DNA of 64,000 nucleotides, from the NCBI GenBank assembly GCA_977862235.1, contig OZ374558.1, positions 2,232,001 to 2,296,000 of the forward strand, in the 5' to 3' direction. This stretch comes from Dudresnaya verticillata. Taxonomy: Eukaryota. The translations under genes and the position numbers were made by a program. Shown in pieces: positions 44,413 to 58,154 of the stretch (the first letter of the stretch is position 1; every line of letters starts with the position of its first letter). The notes beneath the pieces are model-generated. The model did no database searches. It was not told the DNA's origin and worked only from the letters and a program-made list of their open reading frames with translations.

Positions 44413-45516
44413 TATGGTGCAAATTATCCCACGCCACTGGCGCTCTATACCGTTCTAGACGGATACCTCCCGTCTTTGACGTTTTTACCGCCTTCGGCGA
44501 ATGGTACCGAGCTCGAGGCGCGAACCCGCTCGTGATCCCTGTTTCCGCCGATGGCGCTAGTCATTCGACTTTGTCGGGCAACTTGGTCAAGAGCCAGACC
44601 TCCCGCTCACAGCGGATAGTGACGGCAATTTCGGGTTGAGAGAACGCGTGAGGTGTAGTTACTGGGTCACGCTGCCGCGCCCCGTGGCATACTTGCACAC
44701 GTGGCACGTGTCACAGGGCAGCGGAGGACAATGGGACCAATAGTCTGTAAGCGCGGTGCGTGAACACGTGTAGGTGTAAGCATTAGCGCGGCGCGCGCGG
44801 TGGCGTGGGCAAATGTGGCAGGCGCACGGCTGCATTCCGAGGGCGCTTGTCAGATGCACGACGGAACGACACGTGTCCTGAGTTCCCGCGCGCCGCAGCA
44901 CCACCGCCATCGCCCACACAGCAGTAGTAATACTTAGGGAACCCGTCTAGGACATCACAGTAAACCCCGGCAAGCCGGTCTGCCTTCACACTTCGCCCTT
45001 TTGCTCGTTAGCGTCACTGCCGCTACCGACGTTGGTTACGCGTTGCAACGATCGCGCTTCCGCGTCAATGTCCGTCTTTGACGTGTATCCCCTTTTGTTT
45101 CCCCCCCGAGGAGCTCCGTAGTTCTTCACCCCCAGCGCTCAAGAGCGGACATCACCGTTATTAGCGTGGGCTACGTGCCGGACTACCACGCACTCATCCA
45201 CTCCGCCGTGGACGTGTGTGTCCCCTTTATGGCCTTGGTAGCCGAATTCCCCTTCCCGCTATCTTGTGCATTGCCACCGCTTCCGTTAGGCAAAGCGTCT
45301 ATGCCTCCGTCCCTCCACGTTCAACACCGTCGTTGACGTGTTTCCATTTCCGTCTTGTTTCGTTTCTTTGGTTTCGACCTACCTACCGTCCAGGGCGTTT
45401 ACAGTCCGCCTTGTGGCGTTGTCCATGCTCTACCACCCCTACCATCTCTGACGTGCTACCCGCCGGGTCTCGAACTGCCCGGGCGTGCTTTTCCGTCCTA
45501 GACGTTTTGCACCACA
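44413..45516 (+). mobile_element. Solo LTR related to the 14721-27974 Gypsy family
   Basis: TSD TGTCC (44408-44412, 45517-45521). Ends TATGGTGCAAA...TTTGCACCACA. Internal blocks (e.g. GACACGTGTCC.GAGTTCCCGCGC, GGGCGTTTACAGTCCGC, TGCTCTACCACC) match the reverse complement of the Gypsy LTRs. Confidence 0.9.
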
Positions 45517-45860
45517 TGTCCTCTTCGACCCAGACACCCTCGCCGTTTGCGTTTGCCCTGTCTGCCCCAACCTTCGCTCATCCTCCCTCACACCGTTCCC
45601 TCTCCAACATCCTTCACTCCGCTGCCGCTTCTGCCAGTGCCCTTTCGAAGAAGCCGCACTACTCCGCGTCTTGCAACTAGGCGCCTCCCTACGGCACGCC
45701 TCGATCAAAATGGCGAAGCTACTGTACCGGCTCAACCTCGCGAAACGATCTGAGGACCAGAGCAACCGACGCCGCCACTGCAACCCTAGAGGAATCCATT
45801 CAGCGTCAGGAAACTGCTCTCCTTGAGACGAGAGCAGAGCTCTCCGCGCAGAGGGATCGC

Positions 45861-47102
45861 ATGAGCGTGATCGAGCGGAATCTGGACGACACTCGCATGT
45901 CCCCGTCTTCCCGAATAGACGAAACGGCGTCTACCTTTCATGCCAAGATGGAAACCGTCTTGGACCGCCTCGCTCATCAAATGAATTCTTCGGCAAGAGA
46001 AGCGCGTGATGAAGCCGCTGCACTGGACAAGAAACAGACGGCGCACCTGGCGTCGCTCATCGCATGCTGTGGGAACACTCCCGAACTCACCACCGCGAGC
46101 CTCAAAGCGGTGCTGCCTAAACCCGGACCCGCTGCGCCCCGCCAGGAAATTGGTGCTCATTTGCCCTCTGTTCACACTCGCCGGCCGGTTTCTGAACCGC
46201 ATCCGTCGGTGTCAGCTAACCGCGCTGGCCTGCAGGGCACGACGTCCCCATCAGTACCACTCCAATCCAACCCACATGGCCATACCCCATACCTCGATGC
46301 AGCACGTGCCCCTGCGCAAACCGGACTGCTTCTCACGACCATGGCTGACCTTCATACCATGTACGCTACCTACCGCGGCCCGGGTGGGGACTTGTGGGAA
46401 CTGCGAAGCCCGCTCACAGTGTCGTACTTCTATTACGATAAATTGGTTCGTCTTAGCGACTTGCAACGCTGCATTCTGAATGATGTCCTACACGGCAATC
46501 ATCGCGCCCTCCGAAACATCTGCTACCACAGCACGACATCTCCCTATATCTTGGAAGTTGTCTACGAAGAGTCCGCTCACACTCTGCTCGCGGAGCAGCT
46601 ACATCGATTCATACGCCCTGTCCCGGACGGTTTTGACCCCCTCCACCCCCCCACAGACAGCCCGCCCTCCCTGGCCCCGGAACATCACCTTCTCAATGTT
46701 GCGACCCGTTGGTGGCGCAACGGCAAACTCAACCCGCATCTACCCACAGAAATATGGTACCAAGAACGCCTTCTTACACTTTTGGCCGTACACCCATCCG
46801 TTCTCCACCGCCTCCAAGCGCGCGTAGACAAAGATGGAATGGATCAGGCCCTTGGGCTTCGCCAGCGTGGCAACCGACCCCGTATCGTACACTACTTCCA
46901 TTGGGAGCGCGGAAATGTTACCGACCCGACCCTGGACGGCACGACCCTGCCCAAGCTTGCGGATGCAACCGGCCCCCTCCGACGCGGAGCCCGGATACGA
47001 TGGAAGTACAGCGGCCCCATCCCGCGGCCCATGGAAGTACCGGGCGCACCTCCCGCGGCCCACGGAAGTACCGGGCGCACCTACCCACCCTCGTACTCCT
47101 AA
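45861..47102 (+). CDS. LINE ORF1 (C-terminal part)
   Basis: 413-aa frame with a coiled-coil-like start, ending just upstream of ORF2. Confidence 0.6.
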   Translation: MSVIERNLDDTRMSPSSRIDETASTFHAKMETVLDRLAHQMNSSAREARDEAAALDKKQTAHLASLIACCGNTPELTTASLKAVLPKPGPAAPRQEIGAHLPSVHTRRPVSEPHPSVSANRAGLQGTTSPSVPLQSNPHGHTPYLDAARAPAQTGLLLTTMADLHTMYATYRGPGGDLWELRSPLTVSYFYYDKLVRLSDLQRCILNDVLHGNHRALRNICYHSTTSPYILEVVYEESAHTLLAEQLHRFIRPVPDGFDPLHPPTDSPPSLAPEHHLLNVATRWWRNGKLNPHLPTEIWYQERLLTLLAVHPSVLHRLQARVDKDGMDQALGLRQRGNRPRIVHYFHWERGNVTDPTLDGTTLPKLADATGPLRRGARIRWKYSGPIPRPMEVPGAPPAAHGSTGRTYPPSYS

Positions 47103-47148
47103 CAGCACTCCCCGACACATCGGGACCTCCAGACGCCCCCAACCTTGA

Positions 47149-50120
47149 ATGATCGCCGGATCATTGAATGTTGCAGGGTTGGCATCTACCTTGCCGGATT
47201 TCATGGATATATTAACGACTTTAAACCTCGGCGTGCTGATCCTCACCGAAACGCATGTTCCTCCCCTTTGCTCCCCCTCCCTCACCCCACGTTTGAGCTA
47301 CCGGCTACAAGGGCTACTGCCCGCGGCCCATGGCTTGGGGGAATAGCAATGATCGCTCTCCCGGAGCTGCGCGCTTCGCTCCGATACATCCTCACGCCAC
47401 CGCCACCACTCCATCCAGCGCTATATCAGTTACTGTGTATCCATCTTCCGGCCTATGGAGATATCTTCGGGGCTTACATCAGCCCCCGCGCTGATAAACC
47501 CACTCTTGTCAACGTACTTGATCAAATCAAGTCTCGGTCGTCATTCCCCACGCTTCTGATGGGGGACTTCAACGCACGCCATCCGTCTTGGTGCTCAGCA
47601 CGCAACCCTTGCGGCCAAGCCCTCGCGTCGTGGTGCTCTCGGAACCCGTTCACAATCTCCGACCCCCCTGTACCGACCTTCCACAGTGTCAATGGCAGCG
47701 GTGGTTCAAGCACCATCGACTTGTGCGTCGCCAATTGTGATCTCCCTGCACAAGCCCACGTCGCCAAAGGTACCTGGGACGGGGCCAGTGACCACGCACC
47801 CATCGTCGCCACCCTCCGACCGCGCTTCCCCACTTCGTCCCTGCCCCCAACTTGCGCCAACCGCGCCCGCCACCTGGTTACCATGACATTGGCGAACCCA
47901 AGACACTACGAAGCTGTCAGAGAATGCTACCAAGAATCCCTGCCCCCCTTTATTGCAGAACTGCAAACCTTCAGGACTTCGCTTGGGGCTCAGAATACCC
48001 TTTCCAAACTCCCCGCCATCCTCTCAAATCCTTGCCTTAGCGTTGCACCCGCAAGACCCCGTCGTTTTAAGCCACACTGGTCCATTGCGCTTGACTGCAT
48101 GCGAAGACATAGGCGCCGTGAGTTCCGGCGAATGACGAGCTCTGCCGCAGAACCCCAACGCGCCGCTTCTCAGCAGGAATACCGTAAGCTGCAGCGTATC
48201 ATACATTCCCGAGTTCGAGCGATCAAACGTCGCCAGAAGGAGACATCCCAACAAGAGTTGCTTCAACGCCCTCACTCTGATTTGGCTACTGCGATACGTG
48301 CGCAGCATATGAAGCACAAGCGACGACTTCGGCTCCGAAACGCTATAGGAACCTCCCTAGCCCCAGCCTGCTTCACCACGCACATGCGATCTCCCGCCAC
48401 TGTCCCACCCAAGCCAGCTTCCCAAGAATTTTATGTACCTCCTTCCTTCCGGCAATACATCCTTCGGGCCATCTCCTCGATGGCAAGCGGAAAAGCGGTT
48501 GGACCAGACAACACACACGTGGAAATGCTGAAGCTCTGTCCCTCCCTCTGTACTGACTTGCTTTTTGCAGTGTGGCAGTGTTGTGGCCGATTTGGAATAT
48601 TCCCAAGTGCCTGGAATGAGGGAGTCCTGGTTCCTGTTCACAAGTCCGGACCGGTTGAAGATCCAGACAACCACCGCCCCCTCTGTATGCTCTCCCATCT
48701 TCGAAAAGTTATTAACAGAGCAATCACCTACGAAATCGAGGGAGTCTATTCACCACACTACATGCAGGTGGGCTTCCAGCGACACTTGCGCGCTGATATG
48801 GCTATTGCGTTGACTCTCGCGGCCAACGCAACTGGCGACGACTACACTGCTGTTCTGGACATGAAACGGGCTTATGATCGAGTTGACCGCCACAAACTGT
48901 TGCAAACATGTTCCCACCGGCTCCCCCCGCACCTCGTCGCTATGATTTCGACAACGCTTGGCCCCTTGACTGTCCACACCGCCGGAGATGCTACAAACAC
49001 AATTGCAGAGATTCGCAGTGGAGTGCTTCAAGGCTCGCCTCTCAGCCCAATCCTGTTCAACATTTTTATCGATGCGCTGGCATACGATCTGTGCGAAAAG
49101 CTTGGAAGGCGTGACACAAACCCCCCGGGCCGGTTTTTTGCCGACGACTGCCTCATACATGTTAGTTCGGCACAGAAGTACGGGATGACTTGCTCTGTAC
49201 AGAAATGTGCTGTGCTGCTCCCGCACCGCCACAGAGGCCGCCGTAGCTCTGCGCAGTTCCGACTAGCTGGCCGGCCTGTCCCCCATCGCGATACGACTCG
49301 ATACCTTGGAGTGGACATCTCCCCCGACGGAGCTCAAACATCAACTGTGCTAACTCGTGTTGGCTCAGCACAGAAGAATCTTCGATTAATAGCCGCACTG
49401 GGCATCGTATCACCCAAAATGCCAGCCAGTGCCTGCCGTTTCATATACAATACCTTCATGCGCTCAACGTACGAGCATGGTTGCACCCTGGTAAGCTATA
49501 CAGCTGAAACGCAAGCCGTGATGGACAGCCTGGATGCTGCATTCTTCTGCCTAGTGCTGTCGTAGCCATCGAAACGCATGTCCAGTACCCGGCTACAGAA
49601 GTTCCGTGCGATCTTTCAGATTGAGCCGCCTCTCCTGCGCCAACGAGCCCTACAGCACAATCTTATCGCCTCCCTCCAACGTCGTGCTCGACACCAACCG
49701 CGCCTATCGCGCCCCTCCTGGCAGGCTCGACACACATTAAGTGCCCTCCTCCATGTGCCCAATGAGACATTACAAGAGGCACTACAGAACCCGCTCCCCC
49801 GTCGCGTCCTTGTCCAGCAATGCAATTCCGTCTGGAAGGAAGCCCTGGCAGGGCGCCACCCCGCTCCTCTCCCCACGTCTTCGTGTCCCGCGCCGGCCCT
49901 GCGACTCGCCGACTACCGCGACAGGCTGCTGGCCATCCGTTGGCATTTGGGTACCTTCCCCCTCCCCCTTCCTGTCCTACCAAACGTGCAACGCTTGGAA
50001 CCCACACCCAAGCCCTCCATCTGCTCTCCAAGCCAGACGCCACCCCAGACGATCTACACACCATTTCCAGTACGATCGCCGCCATCCGCACCCTGTGCTC
50101 TGCAGAGTTTCCCTCTCTGA
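47149..50120 (+). pseudogene. LINE ORF2: APE endonuclease and reverse transcriptase
   Basis: SLNVAGL, LTETH, MGDFNARH, TIDLC, SDHAPI; GPDN, LDMKRAYDRV, QGSPLSPILFN, FADD. Frameshift near 47300 and stop at 49563-49565. Confidence 0.9.
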
Positions 50121-50649
50121 ACACGCCGCCATCCTCCCAATCATAGACACACCACCGCTGTCCTTTTTCCTTCCCGGGGTACACTACAGTGACAGCCCTC
50201 TGCCACTGTAGCTGATCCTGGTGTGCCTCCACATGGGCCTTTAAGTCGCGCCCGAGCGGGACCACCTAAAACAACCATTAAAGGTTTACCATCACATTTC
50301 ACGGGGGTGTTTCGTTTTCGATGCGGGAGGCTACCACTGGGGTGGGGGTGAGAAGTCCCGTGAGGCTAGGGCTGGCCCTTCTACCTATCCGGTGTCCCAG
50401 CCGATGGTGCCCGGGGCCCCTACCATCATGCTTTCCCCCATGGAGGCGGCTGTCCGGGCGGCTCTTCGTAAGGCGACTCCTGGAGTTTCTGCCCGGGTAG
50501 TGGCTCATCTTTATTCTCCCTTTCAGCCCCGTCGCCTTCCGTCTTCACGTTCCGACGACGTCGAGGGGTCAGAGGGGAAGCGTCGTTGCTACCAGGACAT
50601 CCGCTTAGTAGAATAACCTCATGGGTAATCTGAAGAGTGCAATAGAAAC

Positions 50650-51560
50650 TCTTATGACTTGTCGTGTATCTCCATGTGTGATTGTACAATTTTACTCAAC
50701 CTGATTTAGAGTGCGTCTGCTTCGGCAGCAGTGGACTATGAGCTAACACACTACGTGGAGCGCTACAAAGAGGGGGTAGCGGACTGGAATTGGGGGCGCT
50801 GTAGCCGATGCCGCTGATGGCGTCGATGGTCTCGCCCAAGGTTGTGAACGAAGCGGGTGGCAAGTCAGGACGGGAAAGGAGGTGAAGTGTCTGGCGCAAT
50901 TCTCGGCCACGTGAGGCCGTGCGTGGGGAGCGTGGAGGAATGGGGAAGGTCCCAAGATGCTAACGGACGGCAAGGAGGCGGTGTGTGGCAGATTCGAACT
51001 GTAATGCAGGTGCGAAGCGGGAAGTGCTGTACACTGGGGCTGGTCGGCGACCGTGCTGTAGTATGGATCCGCAGTGTTGCAATAGTTCCAGTTGGAGGTG
51101 TGAAGGAAGGCGTGGATGTAGCGTACCGCAGCGCATGGCCGAATCAGCAGATTGCATTAGGGCGTCAAGGGCCTGTCGAGCAGACCAGCGTGTCTTGGGG
51201 TTCCCATTACGCGCAGTTGTCTGTAGAGTGCGGACGAGGGAGTGTTGGAGGTGGCAGCGACGACGGATCATGTCCGGTAACCGATAAAGAGCCCGCAGGT
51301 TTTGCATCCGGGAGGGAGGAATGCGGGGCGTGCGTTGGGCAATGACGGCACGGAAAAATGCGGCGTCAACGGCATCGAGTTGCTGCAGAATGGGATGGGT
51401 GAGTGCAGTGATCGTGAGGGCGTACTCGATGACTGGGCCCGCAAACATTCTGTACGCTACTTGGACGGCGCACGGTGGCATGAGGGGAGACAGATACCGC
51501 AAATAGCGGAGTCGGCCGATGGCTTCCGCCGCATCTCCAGGTGTGGGTTTCCTTTGACTT
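50650..51560 (-). mobile_element. 5'-truncated LINE fragment, tail-to-tail with the upstream LINE
   Basis: LSPLMPPCAVQVAYRMF..IEYA...LDAVDAAFF...SRMQNLRALY aligns with the ORF2 C-terminus VSPKMPASACRFIYNTF..YEHG...MDSLDAAFF...TRLQKFRAIF. Confidence 0.75.
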
Positions 51561-51779
51561 AGTTGCTGCAGCAGTAGAGTAGTACTGTATATCAATAGCG
51601 TAGAATAAAGATAAAAAGTAAGAACCACCGCCACGGTGCCGTCCCATTTGACTCCATGAGATATTGCGGTCACTTGGGCTTGTGATTGGGTGGCTGTAAC
51701 GCTCTGAGAGAAGTTTAAGGATGGATCTTTTCAATTCTGCGAAGCCTGCACCCCCAGCTCCGGACAATGGCGTGTGGAT

Positions 51780-51929
51780 AAGCCATCGCCAATAGCGTAA
51801 CAAAATGGTGTGCGGGATGTGAGCGGGCGGTTCACAGGTGTAATTGCTGGGTGTATAACCATACCAGGGAACCTTATATTGGTACGCGCAATGTCTTAGA
51901 ATGGCCCCGGCTACGTAGTCTTCGGTCAC
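51780..51929 (-). pseudogene. Chromodomain remnant of a Gypsy pol
   Basis: DYVAGAILRH..YKVPWYGYTPSNYTCEPPAHIPHTILLRYWR. Confidence 0.65.
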
Positions 51930-52637
51930 ACGGCGCGACAGATTTCATGGGGACAAACACTCGCATTAGGTGATAGCTCAAGGGAAAAGGTAAAAAGGTG
52001 TGGTAAAGACTTGTAGTGGGTGCAATACCCAGAACCAAAGAAGCGGGAAGTCGAACCCTACAACGTAGAGCAATCGTCGTTCACGATAGAGCTTGTAGAC
52101 ACCCAAGGCAAGGTGACAACGGTGGCACCGCGGGAAGACCAGAAAATGGATACAGCCGAAAGAACACACCGTGTAGTATAGCTCTCAGCACACTATCAGC
52201 AGCGGCTGTAAGGTATGCTGGCAGCCCTGCACTGTAATGGTGCACACGATGACGCCCGCTGGCGAGTCGTGGTTGGGCAGCGTACCCTTAGCTTTTTCGT
52301 TGATTTAGTAGCGGTCGACCGCATTGCTGCCGGCAGCGGCCGCGCACCGTGCCGCACACGGCGCGCCACAGTGACGCTCTCCGGCATCGAGCCGTTGAGA
52401 GGGCCGCTGCCCGTTACGCCCCGCACGCGCCCACGGGGAGCCGTTACCCGGACCTGTCGACATGTGTATGGGCGCGCGCTGGCACATCTGTGGCACATCT
52501 GTACGAAAGCACTTGTACAAAAATAGGGTTTCGTGGAGCCAACTGCTTGAGTCCCGCTCGACGTGGGACTCTCCGGAACTCCAGGAACTTCCTGGAGTTC
52601 CCGGAGAGTCCCACGACCTTCAAGGTCGGAAAAGACC

Positions 52638-54450
52638 TCACGAGGTAGGATCGTCTTCGTCCGAGTGTATCGGTGCGGGGTAAGAATTACTTCGGCGTTG
52701 GTCATTAGCCATATGGCTTGAATACCGGTCTTGACGTGAGTCAATTCGGCTGCGGAACATGTTGGAACCGTGGCTCGCCCGGCGATCACACCGAGGGTGT
52801 TCCGTCCTCCCACAACCAAAGTCGGCATTTTCAGACTCCCCATCCGGGTCACGTCTCGGAGACATCCTGCGGTGGTCCCTATTGCCACGAGGAAAAAGGG
52901 TGCGTTGCCGTTCGACTCCAGGGATTAAATAACTTTCGCGATTAAGTCGCCTCATATTTTCTTCTAGCAACGCGACCTTCCGCTTCTCTCTATCGAGATC
53001 TTTTCGCAAGAGCTCGATGGCCCTGTTTCGTTCGACACACATTGTTTCGTCTACGTTTCTTTGAACGTCTGGTATAGCCATGAAGGCTTATATTCTTGTT
53101 AGGTCTGTGACCTTGTCGAGCGCATGTAGTCCCTCGTGCACGGTATCCAATTGGTACCCGAGGGAATCCACTGGCGCCTGCAGGGTTTTGACCCTCTCTT
53201 CTTCTAATCCTCTGGGAGGACCTTGTTGATCTCCAGATTCAATCTCTTGCTGACGCTTCGCCAAAAGGGGATCATCACGGCGCGCGGATGCTTCATCGAT
53301 GTACCTCTTGACCTTTAACCGTGTCAATAGAAGACGAGGTGCAATCGACTGATTTCAAAATTCTTCTCCGAGTTGGAATAGTTCTTACTCATGATTGTCT
53401 TCCATTACTGAGAAATACTCCGAGGTAGCAGTCGATATACTCATGGAATGGGACGGCGGTTTGTCGAAGCTGACCGCCGCGACGGGGATTACTGCCCTGT
53501 TACCTTTTGGGTTTGTAGTACCGCGTGTAATCCTGTGAGCTTCCCCGAGTTCCTGCGCATATTGTGTGATATGCGTATAAGATAAACTCTTGGAAGTAGC
53601 CAAACGGTTACGAACCGGTGCATGGATGTTTGGGAGAACTCCGTCAACGAAGATCGCCTTGAGGCGGTGTCCCGTAAACGCTGACCCACATCGGCAAGCT
53701 CTGACTGTGACTAACTCTTCGAAGTCCCGTTCCGTTGTTCCTTCCGATTGTCGTAACGATATTACGTCAACATATGCTTGAGCAATAACCTCATCGGTAG
53801 CGTAAGTTTCCAAACGGTAATTAACCACTTCGGAGTATGTTGTTTGAAAATCCCTCTCATCTCCAGAGTCTACGACCATACCGGTTCTAGTCTGTAGCCT
53901 CGCCTGTAGGTTGTTCCTTACGGTTCCTGAAATCAAGTATTGTAATAACCAAACGGTGGCACATTCGTGGACGTCATTATGGTTAAAGGCATCATTGAAC
54001 TTTGCAAGGAAACCCAGGATGTTAATCGGGTCTGCACCCGAAAAAAAGAGGGTAGCATTTGAATCGCCATCCTCATGTAATAGGTATTTATTTTTCCAGA
54101 GATAATCGAAGAGTAGAGCCTTCAGCGGTTATCCGATTGGTAACTTTGAAAGCTAACCACTCTGTTAAATAGATCGCTGATGGATTTAATCCTCCTGGCC
54201 CTGTTTGCTTTAGACGATCGGAGCGACTTCTCCAATCATCATCGGATGATAAATGCGAACTTGAACCATCTGAGGTAACTGACGAGGATTCAGATTCAGA
54301 AGAATGATGTTTCTTATTTCCTTTCTTTTCTGTGGTTTTCTTTTTCTTGAAAATGTTTCTTCTGAGACGTTTTGGACAGAGATCCATGTCGGTTATTCTT
54401 ACTATCTTTGGAGTCCGACAAACCTCCTTCAGGTTTCTTCTTCTTATCAT
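52638..54450 (-). pseudogene. Gag-like ORF (element B, copy 2)
   Basis: Near-identical translations to 8511-10448, e.g. YSEVVNYRLETYATDEVI. Confidence 0.7.
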
Positions 54451-57057
54451 CAGTTTAGTTTCGGTTGGTATAACGATGCCAGGAGGGACGACATCCTCCT
54501 CCGTATTTTACACCTCGGGTTACCATATTAATATAGACTTTCGTCGAGATGAAGGGTACGCTGCTTGCCTGAAGGTCTCGAGAGACTGGGGAACCAACAG
54601 GGGTGTGGTGTGGTGGAAACTCACGAACTTCTGTAACGGACCGCTGGCCTGACTTTCCTTCACGGGAAGAGAGTGACACTACCTCCACGGGGTGGTAGGG
54701 CAGTTCATACGAGACAGGAGAACAGCAAGAGGCTTACCGTAACGAATATTGGGAAGCAACAGACAAGGGGGTGCTACAAGTGCCAGGACGGACTCCGTAA
54801 CGGTGGTGGTGGTAAACGGCAACGGGCCCCGCGCGGGGAAAACGGTAAAGGACAAGGGCTAGAGGGAGATTGATGCCCAAGGGTTGCTTGCCCGTTTACC
54901 TTAGGAGCCGCTGCGGCGCCGCCCTTATATACAAGTCAGGGTGGCAGCGAGCGGTCCGGTCAGTGTGGGCCAGACCCTAGTGCTCTGGACCAATGGTGGA
55001 ATCGGCCCTGATTGTCCCAATCTCCGACACGGACATGTGCAGCATTCCCATTGGCAGCGCAATACTCTACACAATGTACGGATACTCACTAATATTAAAG
55101 AATAAGCACTACAAATACTCCGCTACGGCTGGTGCGCTCAACTGCTGCACAGCAATGCAAGCCAGCACACAGAAATGCACCCAAAACCGATAGGTACATT
55201 TTCACACGTACCACAACGGTACAGACCACACTGTTTGCATTTCCACTGTCTCGGATACCGGAACTAATTTCACCACAAGGGGAACCAATTCGGTAAGTAT
55301 ACATCCCCTAGATTGGACTACTGCCCGGCTGGGTGGTCCATGACTGAGTTGCTTTTTCAATACCCGTGGTCGCAAACAGTGTCCTTGGATCATATTATTC
55401 CAGAACGTGTCCCACTAGAGGTTCAACTGAGCGCGGTAACCGAACGTTAAATGGTTAATATGTGCAGATCATCAGGCGGGCGATTATATCAGTATTGACC
55501 CAATGGGTGCGGTGGAGTGTTTTGGGGGCTGCCCTGTGGTTTATTTAGAATTACCTGCTGTGGGGTTAGCTCTTACGGGATTGTGGGTGCTTTACCAGGT
55601 GTTCCACGATTTCGACTCCATGTGTTCCCGGTGGGTGGCGCAAAGACCTCGGGTCCTAGACCGGGGGTCCAATGGGCTCCGATCGGCATCCTGGCCACGA
55701 TAGGAACTACTTTGCGATTTAGTTGACATCTTGGAGTAAGCAGGTCCTTAATGGGTTCAGTGTTATTCAATATCAACTTGTAGGACGATTTTCGTCGTCC
55801 TCTTAACGGCTAACCAACCTTGATGGTTCTGGTTCGGGAGACAAAATGTAAAGAAGTGGCTTTTGGGTCTTTTGTGTACTCAAAAGATTGTAATATTTGA
55901 GATTCCCAGAGAGCGGGAGCTTAGTAGCAGGAATAGATCGGGAAGAACGCATAAGGCGGACGAAGACTCATAACCGCATGGAAGCACGATAGTGAAGTAA
56001 TACACTGGGAGGGCGGTTAACCGAGCACGGGTGATGAGGGTGCGGCGGTGCCGATGGCTTGGAGATGTATTGGGACCGGAAGATGCTTACCTTTACTGTA
56101 CAGTGACCGGTTCCGGACCTGAGATACCCTTATATGGTACTCTGAGGGTCAGGTGGAACCACTCATACGAAGCTATGCACACGCCCCTATCCTAAGCTAT
56201 AATTTCTAAAATGGATACGCAGATACTAACCTACTGGCCTACGGGGTACCATTTGGACCAATCATAGTCTACCAGTTTTCTCCCTGCTGACAACCCATAT
56301 CTAACGCTATTCATGTGCTTACAGGTGGGCAGAGGGCCCACTTCTGTTAGCCCTTCACTGTATTACACGCTATTCCGTAAATACAGTCTGAGCCGTTTGC
56401 TCCTGGAAGCAATTTTGTGTAAGGAGTGTAATGTTTTTATCAAATTGGTAATAAGCTGCTGCAGATATGCCCTAGCGTAAACCCTCTAATGAGGATAAAG
56501 CGTTGCACCGAGTAGAAACTACGAAGGACTATGATGCAATAAAAGTAGAAGGATTGCGTCGCAATGGAGATGGTACAGAGATATTGAGGCGATTCACAGT
56601 GGCAGAGATAATTTAGAGTACGAGGGATATGAGGGCGGTCGTGGAAAGCTTCTTAAATTGAGTCGAGGTGCGCATCTTGACCGCTAGTTGCTCAGCAAGA
56701 CTTTCTACGCTAGCACTGATCCCAGCATCGATGCGGCCATACACATCAAGGACCATTGGGTAAATCACTATTGAAAAGCCATTGGTAACAGAAAGAGAAA
56801 AGTATTAACAACATGATGTGACGGTAAATAGCATGTTGAAAAATCAGCGATGTCCTATTCTCGAATCAAAACCGGAGAAAAGATTGTGTTACTCAGTAAA
56901 ACAAGGACTAGTCCGCGGAATGGCTAAAAGGTACCAGGATCAGTAGTAAAACATAACAGTTCGCGGCAGTTATAGTTAACGACTACTGCGATAGACTGAA
57001 GAAAAAAACTTGTGAACAGTGCAAGTTTGCTACCAACTGTGAATTGCTCGCGATCTT

Positions 57058-58154
57058 TCAACATTTTGAGCGTTTCATAGATCTATTGGGAGCTCCGCCT
57101 CCCAACAAACGTTTCCGAGTAGGCACTTGCATGGACGTAACGGACTGAGCAAGTCCAATAACCGCCTTCTGGTCAGCCTTCTGTCTGAGTCCTGCAAGAA
57201 ACAGACCCGCTGAAGTTTTTGGGGTCTTCACGACGGACCCCAGAAGGAACAAAGCCTCTGCATTCTCCCCCTTCTCCAGAACCTCAAAACACAGATCAAC
57301 TGCGCGTTTCACATCCTTCTCGATTTCTGGTGAGCCGTCAATAAGTAGACGAGCAAGAGTCGTCTTGGCATCCGGATGCCCGCTAATGTCAATGGCTCTG
57401 TTAAGAGCACACACGGCTTTCTTCTTGTTGGAGGACATGAAAATTCCAGATAGGCGGTACATTACGTCGGCACTATGGGAGCACTCTGCATTGTGTGAAA
57501 CTGAGCGCGTAAGAGCAAACGTAGCTTGACGGTTCCGATCTCCGTCATCACAGAGACCGATGCCTGGAAAATCCAGGAGCATGCAGCCCTATGGTAGTAC
57601 GCCTGACGATTATCAGTTATCAGAGAGGCCCTCTTGAAGAACGAGAAGGCTTTGTGAAGATTTCCGATTTCTCCCTTGAACCCCTTCAGGTAGACTTGAC
57701 CGAGTCGACAAATTGCTGTCCCACCGAAATCACGATTGGAATCAACAACTTCTTTGTAAAAGCGCTCGGCGTTCGCATTCAGTTCTTCATGCTTCTGACA
57801 TTCGATGTCGAAGAGCCTGAAGAGCACCATTGCAGAAGCCCAAGACCCATGTATGTGAGCCTCAAAGAATATCTCTACAGCCTGTAAGACTTCTTCCTAT
57901 GACGTGGACGCGGCGCCATCATCGCGGTCAGGGCACCAAAGCATGTTTCCAACAGCATACAAGCCAAAGAAACGGCTGGCTCTAAACGTCGATTCCACAA
58001 AACGTCGAGCCTGCTTCATAGCGTACATCGTAGTGTCACCCCTCTTCTTCAGCAATAGAGCGAGACGATGCACCTGCTTTTCAAACTGCGGTCCGACAAT
58101 TTGAATGGTAGCATTGTAGTGCACCCTGTATTGCGAACGGGTAGCAACAACCAT
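57058..58154 (-). pseudogene. SEL1-like repeat protein pseudogene
   Basis: Paralog of 29844-31016 with a TAG stop at 57897-57899 and a 1-nt deletion near 57590. Confidence 0.85.

Larger units (their letters stand above)
44082..50290 (+). mobile_element. APE-RT LINE (degenerate), interrupted by a solo LTR; ends approximate
   Basis: Pro-rich ORF1 fragments (44082-47102) followed by ORF2 with endonuclease and RT motifs. Confidence 0.82.

Noticed and set aside
51970..52494. Possible LTR related in reverse to 11936-12628
   Set aside because: Only patchy similarity by eye; no termini or TSD could be fixed.
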